Shown here in pieces: positions 45,261 through 55,200 of a stretch of 64,000 bases of DNA. The position numbers and the translations under genes were made by a program. Source of the DNA: an uncultured Pseudomonadales bacterium (lineage in GTDB: Bacteria > Patescibacteriota > Microgenomatia > UBA1400 > Chazhemtobacteraceae); the NCBI GenBank assembly GCA_964618725.1, contig CAZUBK010000002.1, positions 131,992-195,991 of the forward strand, written 5' to 3'. Within the stretch, counting starts at the first letter, position 1. Every line of letters starts with the position of its first letter. The notes beneath the pieces were generated by a model. The model saw nothing but the letters and a program-made list of their open reading frames with translations, was not told where the DNA came from and did not search any database.

Positions 45261-45296
45261 TTAGTTCTCCTTAAATATGAGAGTAAGAATACCGAT

Positions 45297-45325
45297 AGTA
45301 TAAATTACTACTAATAATACGTCAA
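45297..45325 (-). promoter_or_regulatory. sigma70-type promoter TTGACG-17-TATACT for the small Cys-peptide gene
   Basis: -35 at 45320-45325 and -10 at 45297-45302 (minus strand), with a 17-nt spacer. It sits directly after the LCP stop codon. Confidence 0.45.
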
Positions 45326-46402
45326 TTAGCGGGCAAGTTCGTTTTGAATATATTGTTTTAGGGCTTCCCAGTTGTTGTCACGAGCAATGAGGACGTATTG
45401 GCCAAGATAGGGGGTTTTGTTTTTGGGATTCTCAAGGACACCTAGTTCGCCTTTTTCTTTGTCTCCAGTGGTGAGAGGGACGTTTTTGATACTGAGATCT
45501 TTGGCCAGAACGAGACGGGTGAAGGCAGCATATTCGTTATTGGTAATGTCGGTGTCGATATATTGACGATAGAGATTGAAGAGGTCAGCTAGTCTTTGTG
45601 GACTAAGGAGGGTCTTGCTGGAAAGAAGCTTGTCTTTGAAGGCGAGGATAACCTTTTGCTGGCGGGCGGAGCGGGCAAAATCGGTGCCCTCTTCACCTTC
45701 TGCCATTCTGGAACGAACAAATCTGAGGGCAGTTTCTCCATCCATGTGATTTGGACCGGCGTCAAAGTGGAGGAATTGATAACGATCAGATTCGGGGAGG
45801 GCATCTTCTTTGCCGGGAACGGGATACTTGAAGTCATCAAAAGTACGCTCAATTTGGACGTCGATGCCACCAACGAGATCAATAGCTTGCTTGAAGCCTT
45901 CGAAATCGAGGACAAAGGCATAGTGAATGGGAAGACCGATGATCTCGGAGACTGACGACTTGGCAAGAATGAGACCGCCCCCGGCGGGCTTTTTTTGTTT
46001 GCCGTAATAGTAGGCGGTATTGATTTTGGCTTTCATTGAGTCAACCCAAATGTCGCGGGGGAGGGAGAGAATAGAGACCTTCTTGGTAGGATGGTGGAAG
46101 GAGATCACAATGATTGAATCAGTTAAGTCGGCACCTATATGGCCCTCACCACCCCGACCGAGAAGGAGGAGATTGGTGCGGTCGCTGCTGCTGGCAAGAG
46201 TGGAGAGTGGGTCTTTAGCAAAAGAAATGAGAGTTGAGGGGCCGACAAGGAGCTTGCGGAAGAAAAAAGTCAGAGGGGACTTAAAGCTATAGATGAGAGT
46301 AAAGACGAGAAGGACGGAAAGAGCAATTAATCCTGGTTTGAGTAGGTGGGTATAACGGGAGAGGTAACGGCGTAATTTAGAGAAGTCAAAAAAGTCAGTC
46401 AC
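45326..46402 (-). CDS. LytR-CpsA-Psr (LCP) family cell-wall glycopolymer transferase
   Basis: N-terminal TM. LCP core (LLLGRGGEGHIGADLTDSIIVIS...LSLPRDIWV). Confidence 0.8.
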   Translation of the reverse strand: MTDFFDFSKLRRYLSRYTHLLKPGLIALSVLLVFTLIYSFKSPLTFFFRKLLVGPSTLISFAKDPLSTLASSSDRTNLLLLGRGGEGHIGADLTDSIIVISFHHPTKKVSILSLPRDIWVDSMKAKINTAYYYGKQKKPAGGGLILAKSSVSEIIGLPIHYAFVLDFEGFKQAIDLVGGIDVQIERTFDDFKYPVPGKEDALPESDRYQFLHFDAGPNHMDGETALRFVRSRMAEGEEGTDFARSARQQKVILAFKDKLLSSKTLLSPQRLADLFNLYRQYIDTDITNNEYAAFTRLVLAKDLSIKNVPLTTGDKEKGELGVLENPKNKTPYLGQYVLIARDNNWEALKQYIQNELAR

Positions 46403-47096
46403 AGGAGACTATTTTAGCAAAGTTGTGAGGATCAAGAGAAGCCGTACCAACGATAAAGCCGTCGAGGTACTCTTGTTCCAGGAAACTGGCGACATTCTCA
46501 GGAGTAACTGAGCCGCCATAAAGGACGGGGCAGGTTTTACCGGCCAGCATCTTTATCTTAAAGGCGATTTCATTGGCGCGTTTGGGGCTTTCTGGTTTGC
46601 CAGTACCGACAGCATCAGCTGGTTCATAAGCAAAGATGAGATTACTGAGGTCGAGAAGCTCGTGTTTGAGAAGAGTAATTTGAGACTCAAGATATGGAGT
46701 ATCGAGACAGACAATGGGAATGATGGAGGAATTGGTGAGGAGACGGGCCTTGGCGGCGACGTCTTTGTCGGTATCACCAAGGTGAAGTCTCACCTCAGTA
46801 TGTCCGAGAAGGCAGTAATCAACGAGGTCCTGGATTTGGGGAACGCCGACTTGGCCGGTAAAGGAGCCTGTGGCGTAGGAGGAGACGTTTTGGGCGGCAA
46901 GAGGGTAGGAGGAGTGTTCTTTGAGGTAGCTTAGGAAAGGGAAACTCGGAGCAAGAATAATGCGGTGGTCGGGATTGGGAGCGGGACAGAAGTGTTTGAG
47001 CCAGGAGTCGAGATCGGAAAGAGTAAGATGTTGCTTAAAATTGGCGAGGAAGTACTTCATAGATAGAGTGTAACACGTCAGGACGCTCCTTGACAT
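46395..47096 (-). CDS. tpiA: triosephosphate isomerase
   Basis: TIM motifs (catalytic His in LLGHTEVR, AYEPADAVGTGK, YGGSV). 233 aa. Confidence 0.85.
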   Translation of the reverse strand: MSRSVLTCYTLSMKYFLANFKQHLTLSDLDSWLKHFCPAPNPDHRIILAPSFPFLSYLKEHSSYPLAAQNVSSYATGSFTGQVGVPQIQDLVDYCLLGHTEVRLHLGDTDKDVAAKARLLTNSSIIPIVCLDTPYLESQITLLKHELLDLSNLIFAYEPADAVGTGKPESPKRANEIAFKIKMLAGKTCPVLYGGSVTPENVASFLEQEYLDGFIVGTASLDPHNFAKIVSCD

Positions 47097-47152
47097 TATG
47101 GGGTTTGCGGGTTACAATTTGTCTGTTCACTATCAGATTATAGGAGGCATGA

Positions 47153-47332
47153 ATGAGTGTACTGAAGAAATTTTTAGAAGCGACGCTTTTGTACGCAATA
47201 GGAATCATTATTGCCGTGTTGGTGGGGGCGGGGGTGACCGAACTGACTGGTTACCCGATACTTGGCCACATCTCGGCCTTTGGCGTGGGCGCTTTGACCA
47301 TGTTGACGATGACAGTGATGTGGAAGTGAAAT
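47153..47332 (+). CDS. 59-aa hydrophobic membrane protein (MSVLKKFLEATLLYAIGIIIAVLVGAGVTELTGYPILGHISAFGVGALTMLTMTVMWK), not in ORF track
   Basis: AGGAGG SD 5 nt before the ATG. An intrinsic terminator follows immediately. It replaces the 78-aa ORF 47098-47334, which is in another frame. Confidence 0.45.
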
Positions 47333-47337
47333 AGTTG

Positions 47338-47368
47338 GAGCCGGGATATCCCCGGCTCTTTTTTTGTA
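47338..47368 (+). terminator. intrinsic terminator (gagccggg-atat-ccccggctc + TTTTTTTG)
   Basis: GC stem followed by T7 on the plus strand. Confidence 0.6.
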
Positions 47369-47393
47369 CCTCACGGTGGGGTAAAGTGGTGGA

Positions 47394-49310
47394 GTGATTA
47401 ACTGGGAAAAGGAACTAAACGAAGAGCAGTTAGCGGCGGTGATGTATATAGGTGGGCCACTATTGGTTCTGGCAGGAGCAGGATCGGGCAAGACGCGGGT
47501 TTTAGTATATCGAGTGGCATATCAGATTGAGGAGAGGAAGGTACCGGCAGATGGGATCTTGTTGTTAACCTTTACCAACAAAGCGGCGGGGGAGATGAAG
47601 GAGAGAGTCAAGAAATTAATTGGTGAAGAGATTGGGTTTGCGGGGACGTTCCATTCTTTTTGTGCTTTGATTCTACGGAAATATGGTCGGTTGATTGGAT
47701 TGGACCCGGATTTTGTGATTTACGATGAAGATGACAAAGAGACTGCGATAAAGATAGCTATGAAGACGCTACAGATGGATGTAAAGCAAGTGAAGCCGGC
47801 GACGGCAGGAGGAATGATATCAGGAGCGAAGAATGAGTTACTAACACCAGCAGAGTATATTCGGGTGGCCAGAGGGCCATTTCAGCAAGCAGTGGGACAA
47901 ATCTGGCAAGTTTATCAGCGCAATCTTAGAGAGTTTCATGCGTTAGATTTTGACGATTTGTTGGTAGAAGGGGTGAAACTACTTCAAAGTGAAGAGGGAA
48001 GGAGGAAGTTAACATCAAGATTTGAGCAAATATTAGTCGATGAATATCAAGACACAAACAAGGCACAGTACTTTTTGACGAAGTTGTTGGTAGATGGGAG
48101 AGGAAATTTTACAGCAGTAGGAGACTTCGCGCAGTCGATCTATAGTTTTAGAGGAGCTGACTTTAGAAATTTGAATCATTTAGAGAAAGACTACCCAAAC
48201 CTAAAAATATTGAGGCTAGAAAAGAATTATCGGAGTACCCAGACAATCCTGGATGCAGCGTATGGAGTGATTGGCAAGAACACGACACATCCAGTTCTTA
48301 AGCTATCGGCGACAGTGGAGGGAGGAGAGAAGGTCTTGGTGTATGAAGCAAGGGATGAGAAAGAGGAGGCGAGATTTATTTTAGACAGGATAGTAACTGA
48401 CGGCGATTACAGTAAGTTTGCCGTGCTTTACCGGACCAACGCACAGTCACGGGCGCTGGAAGAAGCCTTCATCAAGCGAGGCGTTCCTTATGTGTTGGTT
48501 GGGGGGACAAAGTTCTATGAAAGACGGGAGATAAAGGACGTCTTGGCGTACTTGAGAGTGATTGCAAATCCGCTTGACCAGGTGAGTTGGGAGAGGGTTG
48601 ATAAAGTGGGAAAGAGGAGAAGAGCGGCCTTTGAGGAGTGGTTAGGCGCACTTAGGCAGCAAAGGGAGGTACTGTCGATGAGTACCGAGGATCTGTTGGC
48701 GGGGGTGCTACAAACGACCGATTATTTATCCTTGTATGACGAGAAAGACGAGCAGGACACGATGAGACTAGAAAACATTAAAGAGTTGGCTTCAGTAACG
48801 AGGGAGTTTAGTGACTTGGGGGCATTTTTGGAGAACGTGGCGCTGGTACAAAGTGAGGCGCAAGCAACAATGAAAGGTGAAGAAAGAAAGGTGACACTAA
48901 TGACGGCACATGCGGCTAAGGGGTTGGAGTTTGAGGAAATATTTATTGCCGGTATGGAAGAGGGGCTATTCCCCCATTCTCGAGCCTTGATGGAGGCGGA
49001 TCAGCTGGAGGAAGAGAGAAGACTCTTTTATGTGGCGCTGACGCGAGCAAAGAAGCGAGTATACCTGACGTATGCACAACAGCGGTTGTATTTTGGAAGT
49101 AGAAACAGTAATATGCCAAGCCGATTTTTAAATGAGATTCCGGAGCATTTGACCGAGTCAATGAGTAAGACATTACAAAGAGATGAGCGAGGCAGAGGTG
49201 GAATACGATTGGTGGATGATTGGGAAGCGGGGAATGGAAGAATCAAAGTGGACAAGGGTCTGATCGATCAGTTGGTAGCGGATGATTTTGCGGATATTGA
49301 TAGCTGGTAA
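47394..49310 (+). CDS. uvrD: UvrD/PcrA-family ATP-dependent DNA helicase (short, 638 aa)
   Basis: Walker A AGAGSGKTRVL, DEYQDTN, and helicase motifs III-VI (TLMTAHAAKGLEFE, LFYVALTRAK). Confidence 0.85.
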   Translation: MINWEKELNEEQLAAVMYIGGPLLVLAGAGSGKTRVLVYRVAYQIEERKVPADGILLLTFTNKAAGEMKERVKKLIGEEIGFAGTFHSFCALILRKYGRLIGLDPDFVIYDEDDKETAIKIAMKTLQMDVKQVKPATAGGMISGAKNELLTPAEYIRVARGPFQQAVGQIWQVYQRNLREFHALDFDDLLVEGVKLLQSEEGRRKLTSRFEQILVDEYQDTNKAQYFLTKLLVDGRGNFTAVGDFAQSIYSFRGADFRNLNHLEKDYPNLKILRLEKNYRSTQTILDAAYGVIGKNTTHPVLKLSATVEGGEKVLVYEARDEKEEARFILDRIVTDGDYSKFAVLYRTNAQSRALEEAFIKRGVPYVLVGGTKFYERREIKDVLAYLRVIANPLDQVSWERVDKVGKRRRAAFEEWLGALRQQREVLSMSTEDLLAGVLQTTDYLSLYDEKDEQDTMRLENIKELASVTREFSDLGAFLENVALVQSEAQATMKGEERKVTLMTAHAAKGLEFEEIFIAGMEEGLFPHSRALMEADQLEEERRLFYVALTRAKKRVYLTYAQQRLYFGSRNSNMPSRFLNEIPEHLTESMSKTLQRDERGRGGIRLVDDWEAGNGRIKVDKGLIDQLVADDFADIDSW

Positions 49311-49368
49311 GAGAATGGCGTGCCAGAGGCACGCCAAGGAAAAACCATCCTGATCTGTTCCCAGTTCA

Positions 49369-49614
49369 TTAATATCCTCGGTGAGGGCACTTGAGGACGG
49401 CCTGACCAGAATACCAGGCATTAGAAAGGCCGGTATGTTCTCCGGGTTCGATGCAGCTTTGTGATCTTACCCAATCACCAGTGAGAGGGCAGATCTCCTC
49501 AACGGTATAAGTAAAAATGCCCAGAGGGAAACCATGTTTTGCCATGGCATCAAAAAGAGTTCTCCCTTCAAACACGGCATTGTTTATTTTAAGCCTAACA
49601 AAGTGCTCGTTCAT
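49369..49614 (-). CDS. hypothetical 81-aa protein with C/H cluster
   Basis: GGAGG SD. Textbook promoter TTGACT-17-TATAAT on the minus strand at 49648-49676. Confidence 0.55.
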   Translation of the reverse strand: MNEHFVRLKINNAVFEGRTLFDAMAKHGFPLGIFTYTVEEICPLTGDWVRSQSCIEPGEHTGLSNAWYSGQAVLKCPHRGY

Positions 49615-49647
49615 TTATCCTCCATTTGATTGTAATAGAACTTGGTT

Positions 49648-49676
49648 ATTATAAGCTCATGGGAATCACAAGTCAA
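49648..49676 (-). promoter_or_regulatory. consensus sigma70-type promoter TTGACT-17-TATAAT
   Basis: -35 at 49671-49676 and -10 at 49648-49653 on the minus strand, read directly. Confidence 0.5.
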
Positions 49677-49702
49677 ATTGATTGATCTGCTACAATAACT
49701 TT

Positions 49703-49897
49703 ATGGTCCCGATGATAGAAAAGAACCAGTTTATTGAATATGAGAACGAATGGGTGGCGATATCACCTGATAACAGAGTTGTGGCTCACGGAAAGAATGT
49801 CAAAAATGTTGTCAAAAAACTTGATGAGTTGGGTGATAAAGACTCTGTGCTAACCATGGTATTACCTTTTGATCAACATTTCGCTCCTCTTGCTTAA
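49703..49897 (+). CDS. small DUF5678-like protein
   Basis: About 65 aa with EWVAISPDNRVVAHGKNVKNVVKKLDELG. It sits immediately upstream of the retropepsin-like gene. Confidence 0.4.
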   Translation: MVPMIEKNQFIEYENEWVAISPDNRVVAHGKNVKNVVKKLDELGDKDSVLTMVLPFDQHFAPLA

Positions 49898-49909
49898 CTT
49901 GAGGATTAC

Positions 49910-50341
49910 TTGATGTCTAAACTGGTATATCCATATATTCCTTACTCAAAGATAGATTCATCTGGAAAAAAGATAGCTCTGGTATCTCGGCCTGAAGTTC
50001 CTCTAATAATTTCGTATGGACACAAGTTGAGTAGAACCTTTTATGCATTAGTAGATTCAGGAGCAGACAAAAATCTATTTCCAGCCGCTCTCGGCGAATT
50101 GATAGGGTTAAATGTAAGAAAAGGAAAAACTGTTGAGATAGGAGGGATAGGTGGGGTACGCTTGACAGCACATACTCATAAAGTGAAATTGTACATTGGC
50201 AGTTTTTCAGCAGAAGCTAGTGTTGACTTTAGTTACTATCATCAGAAGCCCCTGTTGGGGAGGAATGGTTTTTTTGATTTGTTTGAGAAAGTTTCCTTCA
50301 TAGATCAGCAGTTGGAATTAGTCATTAGAAGCAAAAAATGA
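49910..50341 (+). CDS. retropepsin-like (clan AA) aspartic protease
   Basis: ALVDSGAD active-site motif (DSGA) plus GGIGG flap-like region. 143 aa. Confidence 0.65.
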   Translation: MMSKLVYPYIPYSKIDSSGKKIALVSRPEVPLIISYGHKLSRTFYALVDSGADKNLFPAALGELIGLNVRKGKTVEIGGIGGVRLTAHTHKVKLYIGSFSAEASVDFSYYHQKPLLGRNGFFDLFEKVSFIDQQLELVIRSKK

Positions 50342-51357
50342 TCCACGAGGTCAAGGCTGTAGATAAGGAAGAATTCAATACATTGGCCGCACATCCGCTG
50401 CAGTCATGGGAGTGGGGGGAGTTTCGAGAAAAGACGGGGCTTACGGTCAGTCGACTAGGTAGATATGAAGGAGACAAACTGATTGAGACAGCACAAATTA
50501 CTTGGCACAAGATACCAAAATTGCCGCTTTGTGTGGGGTATTGGCCCAAAGGAGTGATGCCGAGTAAAGAGATGATGAAGGCAGTGAAGGAAGAGGCGAA
50601 GAGAAGGAGGGCTATTATGGTGACTCTAGAGCCTAACGTGTTGATGAAAGAGGGGGGAAGGGAGATAAAAGAATTGTCTAGATTGTTTGATTTGAGAAAG
50701 GGAAAGTCTCTTTTTACCAAGTGGAGCTTCTGGCTTGATCTAACAAAATCAGAAGAGGAGTTGCTGCGCGAAATGAAACCGAGAACAAGATATAACGTCA
50801 GGTATGCGGAAAGAAAAGGAGTAAGGGTGGTAGAAGACAATTCGACAGAGGCTTTTGGGGAGTATTGGAGATTAAGTAAAGAGACGATGGAGAGACAGGG
50901 ATTTTATGCACACACGAAGCGGTATCACGAGTTAATGTTTGAAACATTGAGAAAAGGTGGCTTGGCGCATTTATTTAAGGCGGTTTATGAGGGTAAAACG
51001 TTAACTACTTGGATTGTATTTGTTTTAAATGGAATCTTGTACTACCCATACGGAGCGTCAACAAGAGAAGGAAGTAATGTTTTTCCGTCTGATGCGATGA
51101 TGTGGCGGGTGATTAAGTTTGGTAAGGAAGAGAAGTGTAAGCTATTTGATATGTGGGGGAGTCCGGGACCGGATCCTAAGCCCACTGACCCCTGGGCTGG
51201 ATTTCATCGTTTTAAGATGGGATACGGGGCAAAGTTAGTCGAGTTTGTAGGGACCTATGATTTGGTAGTGAATCCACTACTATATCCGTTGTATAGATTA
51301 GGAAATGATTTGAGGTGGATATATTTAAGAGCTTGCTCATTCTTTCGGAATAACTGA
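50338..51357 (+). CDS. FemAB-family peptidoglycan cross-bridge aminoacyltransferase
   Basis: FemAB/GNAT-fold pattern about 340 aa. ATGA overlap with the upstream gene. Confidence 0.6.
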   Translation: MIHEVKAVDKEEFNTLAAHPLQSWEWGEFREKTGLTVSRLGRYEGDKLIETAQITWHKIPKLPLCVGYWPKGVMPSKEMMKAVKEEAKRRRAIMVTLEPNVLMKEGGREIKELSRLFDLRKGKSLFTKWSFWLDLTKSEEELLREMKPRTRYNVRYAERKGVRVVEDNSTEAFGEYWRLSKETMERQGFYAHTKRYHELMFETLRKGGLAHLFKAVYEGKTLTTWIVFVLNGILYYPYGASTREGSNVFPSDAMMWRVIKFGKEEKCKLFDMWGSPGPDPKPTDPWAGFHRFKMGYGAKLVEFVGTYDLVVNPLLYPLYRLGNDLRWIYLRACSFFRNN

Positions 51358-51423
51358 CGTTATTTCTCCGAAATATTGCGCTTCCTCTTATATCTACGCC
51401 GATAACTACATTATCGTCTTGAT

Positions 51424-52278
51424 ATGAAGCTAAGAAAACATGAACTTTATTTTGACATGACTGATTTGCGACAGAGTAGGGAATATGCCAGATATATGGA
51501 GACGCAGGGTTGGAAGATAGAGGGGGTTGATGGAGTAGAGGTGTTCATCAAGAAGATGCCGTTTCTCCCGGTATCAGTGATGAAAATACAGAGATTTGAG
51601 AAAGAGCTTAATTGGGAGGAGGTAAATAGACTGAGGAAACAGAATCGCGTTGTTTATGTCGTGATTGAACCGACAAGGGTAAATGGGGGAAGCCGATTAA
51701 TGGAGCAGGGATATCGAAGGGTTAAGGAGTCATATTTACCAACGAAGACGTTGGTCGTTGATTTAGAAAAAAGTGAAGAGAGACTTTGGCAGCAATTGAG
51801 TAAGGATACGAGACAGAAAGTGAAAAAGGAGAATGATGTTTATATAGGTGAGGTGACTAAAGGAGGAGGGATGGAGGAGTTTGTTAACGGGTGGAAGAAG
51901 GCAGGAAAAGGGTATGTGCTAACGGCAAAGAAGCTGAAAGACTTAAAGAAAAGCTTTGGTAAGAAATGTTTTATTTTGGCAGCTCGGGGAGACGGTAGTG
52001 ACGGGATGTTGGCGGGAATAGTGGTGCTGATGACGACTAAAACAGCTTATTACTATTTCGCTTGGACGAACGAGACGGGAAGAGAGCTGGGGGCGCAATA
52101 TAAGTTGGTGTGGGAAGGGATGATGAAGGCAAAAGATAAGGGAATGAGAACATGGGACTTTGAGGGAATAGAGGACTCTAGAGCTCCACGGAAAAGCTGG
52201 CAAGGATTTAGTAGTTTCAAGAAAAAATTTGGGGGGGAAGAAATCAGTTTCCCTGGATGTTTTGAGAGGTGGTTATAG
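51424..52278 (+). CDS. FemAB-family aminoacyltransferase paralogue
   Basis: Second Fem-like protein (WTNETGRELGAQYKLVWEGMMKAKDKGMRTWDFEG). Confidence 0.55.
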   Translation: MKLRKHELYFDMTDLRQSREYARYMETQGWKIEGVDGVEVFIKKMPFLPVSVMKIQRFEKELNWEEVNRLRKQNRVVYVVIEPTRVNGGSRLMEQGYRRVKESYLPTKTLVVDLEKSEERLWQQLSKDTRQKVKKENDVYIGEVTKGGGMEEFVNGWKKAGKGYVLTAKKLKDLKKSFGKKCFILAARGDGSDGMLAGIVVLMTTKTAYYYFAWTNETGRELGAQYKLVWEGMMKAKDKGMRTWDFEGIEDSRAPRKSWQGFSSFKKKFGGEEISFPGCFERWL

Positions 52279-55200
52279 GAATTCCTTTTGGCCAACAGTG
52301 GTCTTTAAAGTCACACCGATGACAGATTGAGTAATCGGTGGTACGGGGGAACTTGAGACTTCGGATATTAGCCATTGAGTCTTTGATAATAGCTTTAAGT
52401 TCCTCGATCTCTTCTGGAGAAATCGTAAAGACTTCCTTGCCAGATTTGTTTTGTTCATGGGGGTGGGTGACGAAGTCGAGTTCGACAGCAGTAACTTTGG
52501 CGGGGAAGAGCTTGTCTAGTTCTGAGAGGAGCTGATAAAAAACGAGCTGGCGTTTGAGAGAGCCATCGGAGTCTTGAGTCGTACCTTCAATTTGGCCCCT
52601 GGTTTTACGCTTGCCGGTTTTGTAGTCGATGACTTTGACAGTTTTTTGGGTGGGATTGAGCCAATCAATACGATCGACTTTGCCGGAGAGAGGGATATCG
52701 TCTAGAAAAATGGGGTTATAGGTACTACCGAAGTATTTCTCGGTTTCTAGGGCGGGGTCGGCTTTGGTTAGATGAAAGTCGAAATATGCAGAGAGAACCT
52801 TCTTTCCTTGAGAGAGCCTTTTTTTGTGATCGTGGTCGGTGAGGATCTCGTTTTTGAGGGCGTCTTCAAATGATTGAAGGAGATAGTCTTTGCTGGGGAA
52901 AGTAGCATTTTTTTTGTGATGCTTGAAGAACTTTTCCAGAGCGGAGTGGACGGCGGTACCAAAGGCAAGGTAGTCTTGTTTAGCATTGGGGACTTTGAGA
53001 AGACTTTTAAGTTTGAAGAGATAGGGGCAGTCGAGATAGTTGTTGAGGGCGGTGACGGAGAGTTTAAAGTTTTTTAAGATTTGGGTGAGGAGAGCGGCCT
53101 CTTGTTCATCAACTAACTCGGGGACGGCCGGATTAACGAGGGCTTGTAGGAGTTTATCTATTTCTTTGGCGGGTAGCTTAGGACGCTTTCGCTCAATGAG
53201 ATTCTCTGGGATCTCGAAGATGAACTGGGAGGGGGTGGCTTCCCGAAGACGATTGAAGGAGTTTACTTGGTTGGCATAGGTAATGGTGACTTGTTTCTTG
53301 GCTCGGGTTAGGGCGACATAGAAAAGGCGACGCTCTTCTTCTAGGGGGAGATATTCAAGAGCGGTCTTGAGGATATCAGGGAGGGTGATGAGACTGCGGG
53401 AGGTTTTGTTACCCCAGCGGCCGTCGATACAACCGGTGATATACACATACTCCCATTCAAGGCCTTTGCTTTTATGGGCAGTTGTCAGAGTCACCTTATC
53501 TCCCGTTAACTCAAGATCGGGGGTTTGCAATTTGAGATTGTTTTGCTCCAAGAGATTAATGGTAGAGAGAAATGAGGCTAGATTGAGTTGGTGGTCGGAG
53601 AGACTTAGTTGTTTGATGAAACTAAAAAGAGAGTTAAGATTTTGGATGTGGGTAGAAGAGTCAGTATTGTTTAGTGCCCAATTGAGAAGACCAGATTCTT
53701 TGAGAAAGATCTCGAAAAATTCGGTAAAGATCTTGGTTGAGTCAGTAGAATTGAAATGGGCAAGTTGATGAAGAAGGTCTGTAAATCTCTCAGAATTAGT
53801 CAGATTGAGATTTTTAAAGTGATCACTGTGAATGAAGTCAATCAGAGGGAGCTTTTGTTTGGCGGCGGCACGAGTAGTTTTAAGGATATCGAGGTGATTG
53901 AAGTTGAGAAAGGGATAGTGGAGAACGGTAAAAAGATTGAGATCGTCTATGGCGGTGCGTGATTCCAAGACGACAGTAAAAAGTTTGAGAAGATATTTAA
54001 TTGAGGTGGTGTGGAGTAGATCCTGGTTACCACTTATTTCAAAGGGGATTTTGAGATGGTTGAAGACTTGGGCAATTGAGGCGAGTTCGCTATTAGTACT
54101 GGCGATGACTGCAATCTTCGATGGACTGATTTTGTCGTTTAGGAGTTCTTGGATTTGTTTGGCGAGATAGAAGTGCTCGAGGATCTGAGCCGTAAAGTCG
54201 GAGACTTTGATTTGAGTGAGAGGGTGAGGAGAGTTACTCTTTAGGGTCCGAGTGATTTGGGGAAAAGTTGACTGGAGATTGTGGGTGTTTTTTTCAATGA
54301 CAGCCCTGGCGGCATCGAGAATGTTTTGCTGAGAACGATAGTTTTGAATAAGGGTGATGACTTTGGTTGAAGGGTAGGTCTTTTTGAAGTTGGTGGGGTT
54401 CTCTAGGGAAGCGCCAGCAAATCTTAAAATCGACTGCTCGTCATCCCCGACGACGAAGACATTGGCGGAGTCACCCCAGTAAGAGGCGAGGAGATTGATG
54501 GTATCGTTTTGAGCAGAAGTAGTATCCTGATATTCATCGATGAGGAAGTAATGAAAGCGCTCTTGTAAGACACTGAGTAGCTCTGAGTCTACCTTTTCTA
54601 GTTCAAGGAGGACCCAGTTAATCATGTCGTCGAAGTCAAAAAGAGATTGTTTTTTGAGGGAATCTTGATATTCTGAGTAGATCTTTAGGAGGTCGATATT
54701 TTTGAGTAGGTTGTTGTGGCGCCGATCAAACTCGGTTTTGTTTAAGTCTTCTTTTTGGTCATCTAATTCTTTTAGTTCTTCATCGAGGAGAAGTTTCAGT
54801 TTTTCGGGGGTAACGCCCTCGCGTTTGAGGTCACTGATGGAGCCGGGAATGGCATTTGCTGTCTCTAGAAAATAGAAGGGGGAGTTAAGCGGCTTTAGTT
54901 TATGGAAGTCGTTATGACGGAGAATATTTTGAAGAATTTGGAAACGCTGAAGATCAGTGAGTGGCTTGGCGTTGGCGGAGTAAATAAAGTAGTCGGGGAA
55001 TTCTTGGATTATAGAGCTGGCAAAAGAATGAAACGTGCTGATGTGGACGCGATAGGCACTGAGGCCGATTAAATCAAAGAGGCGTTGACGCATGGCTTGG
55101 CTACCGGAGTCGGTAAAAGTAAGGGCAAGAATGGCAGAAGGGTCAGTATCGGTCTTGAGAAGGATATTGGCAATGCGAGTGGCAAGGATTTGAGTTTTGC

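Noticed and set aside
47098-47334. 78-aa ORF listed in track
   Set aside because: Wrong frame. The +1 frame gives a 59-aa membrane protein with a canonical SD.
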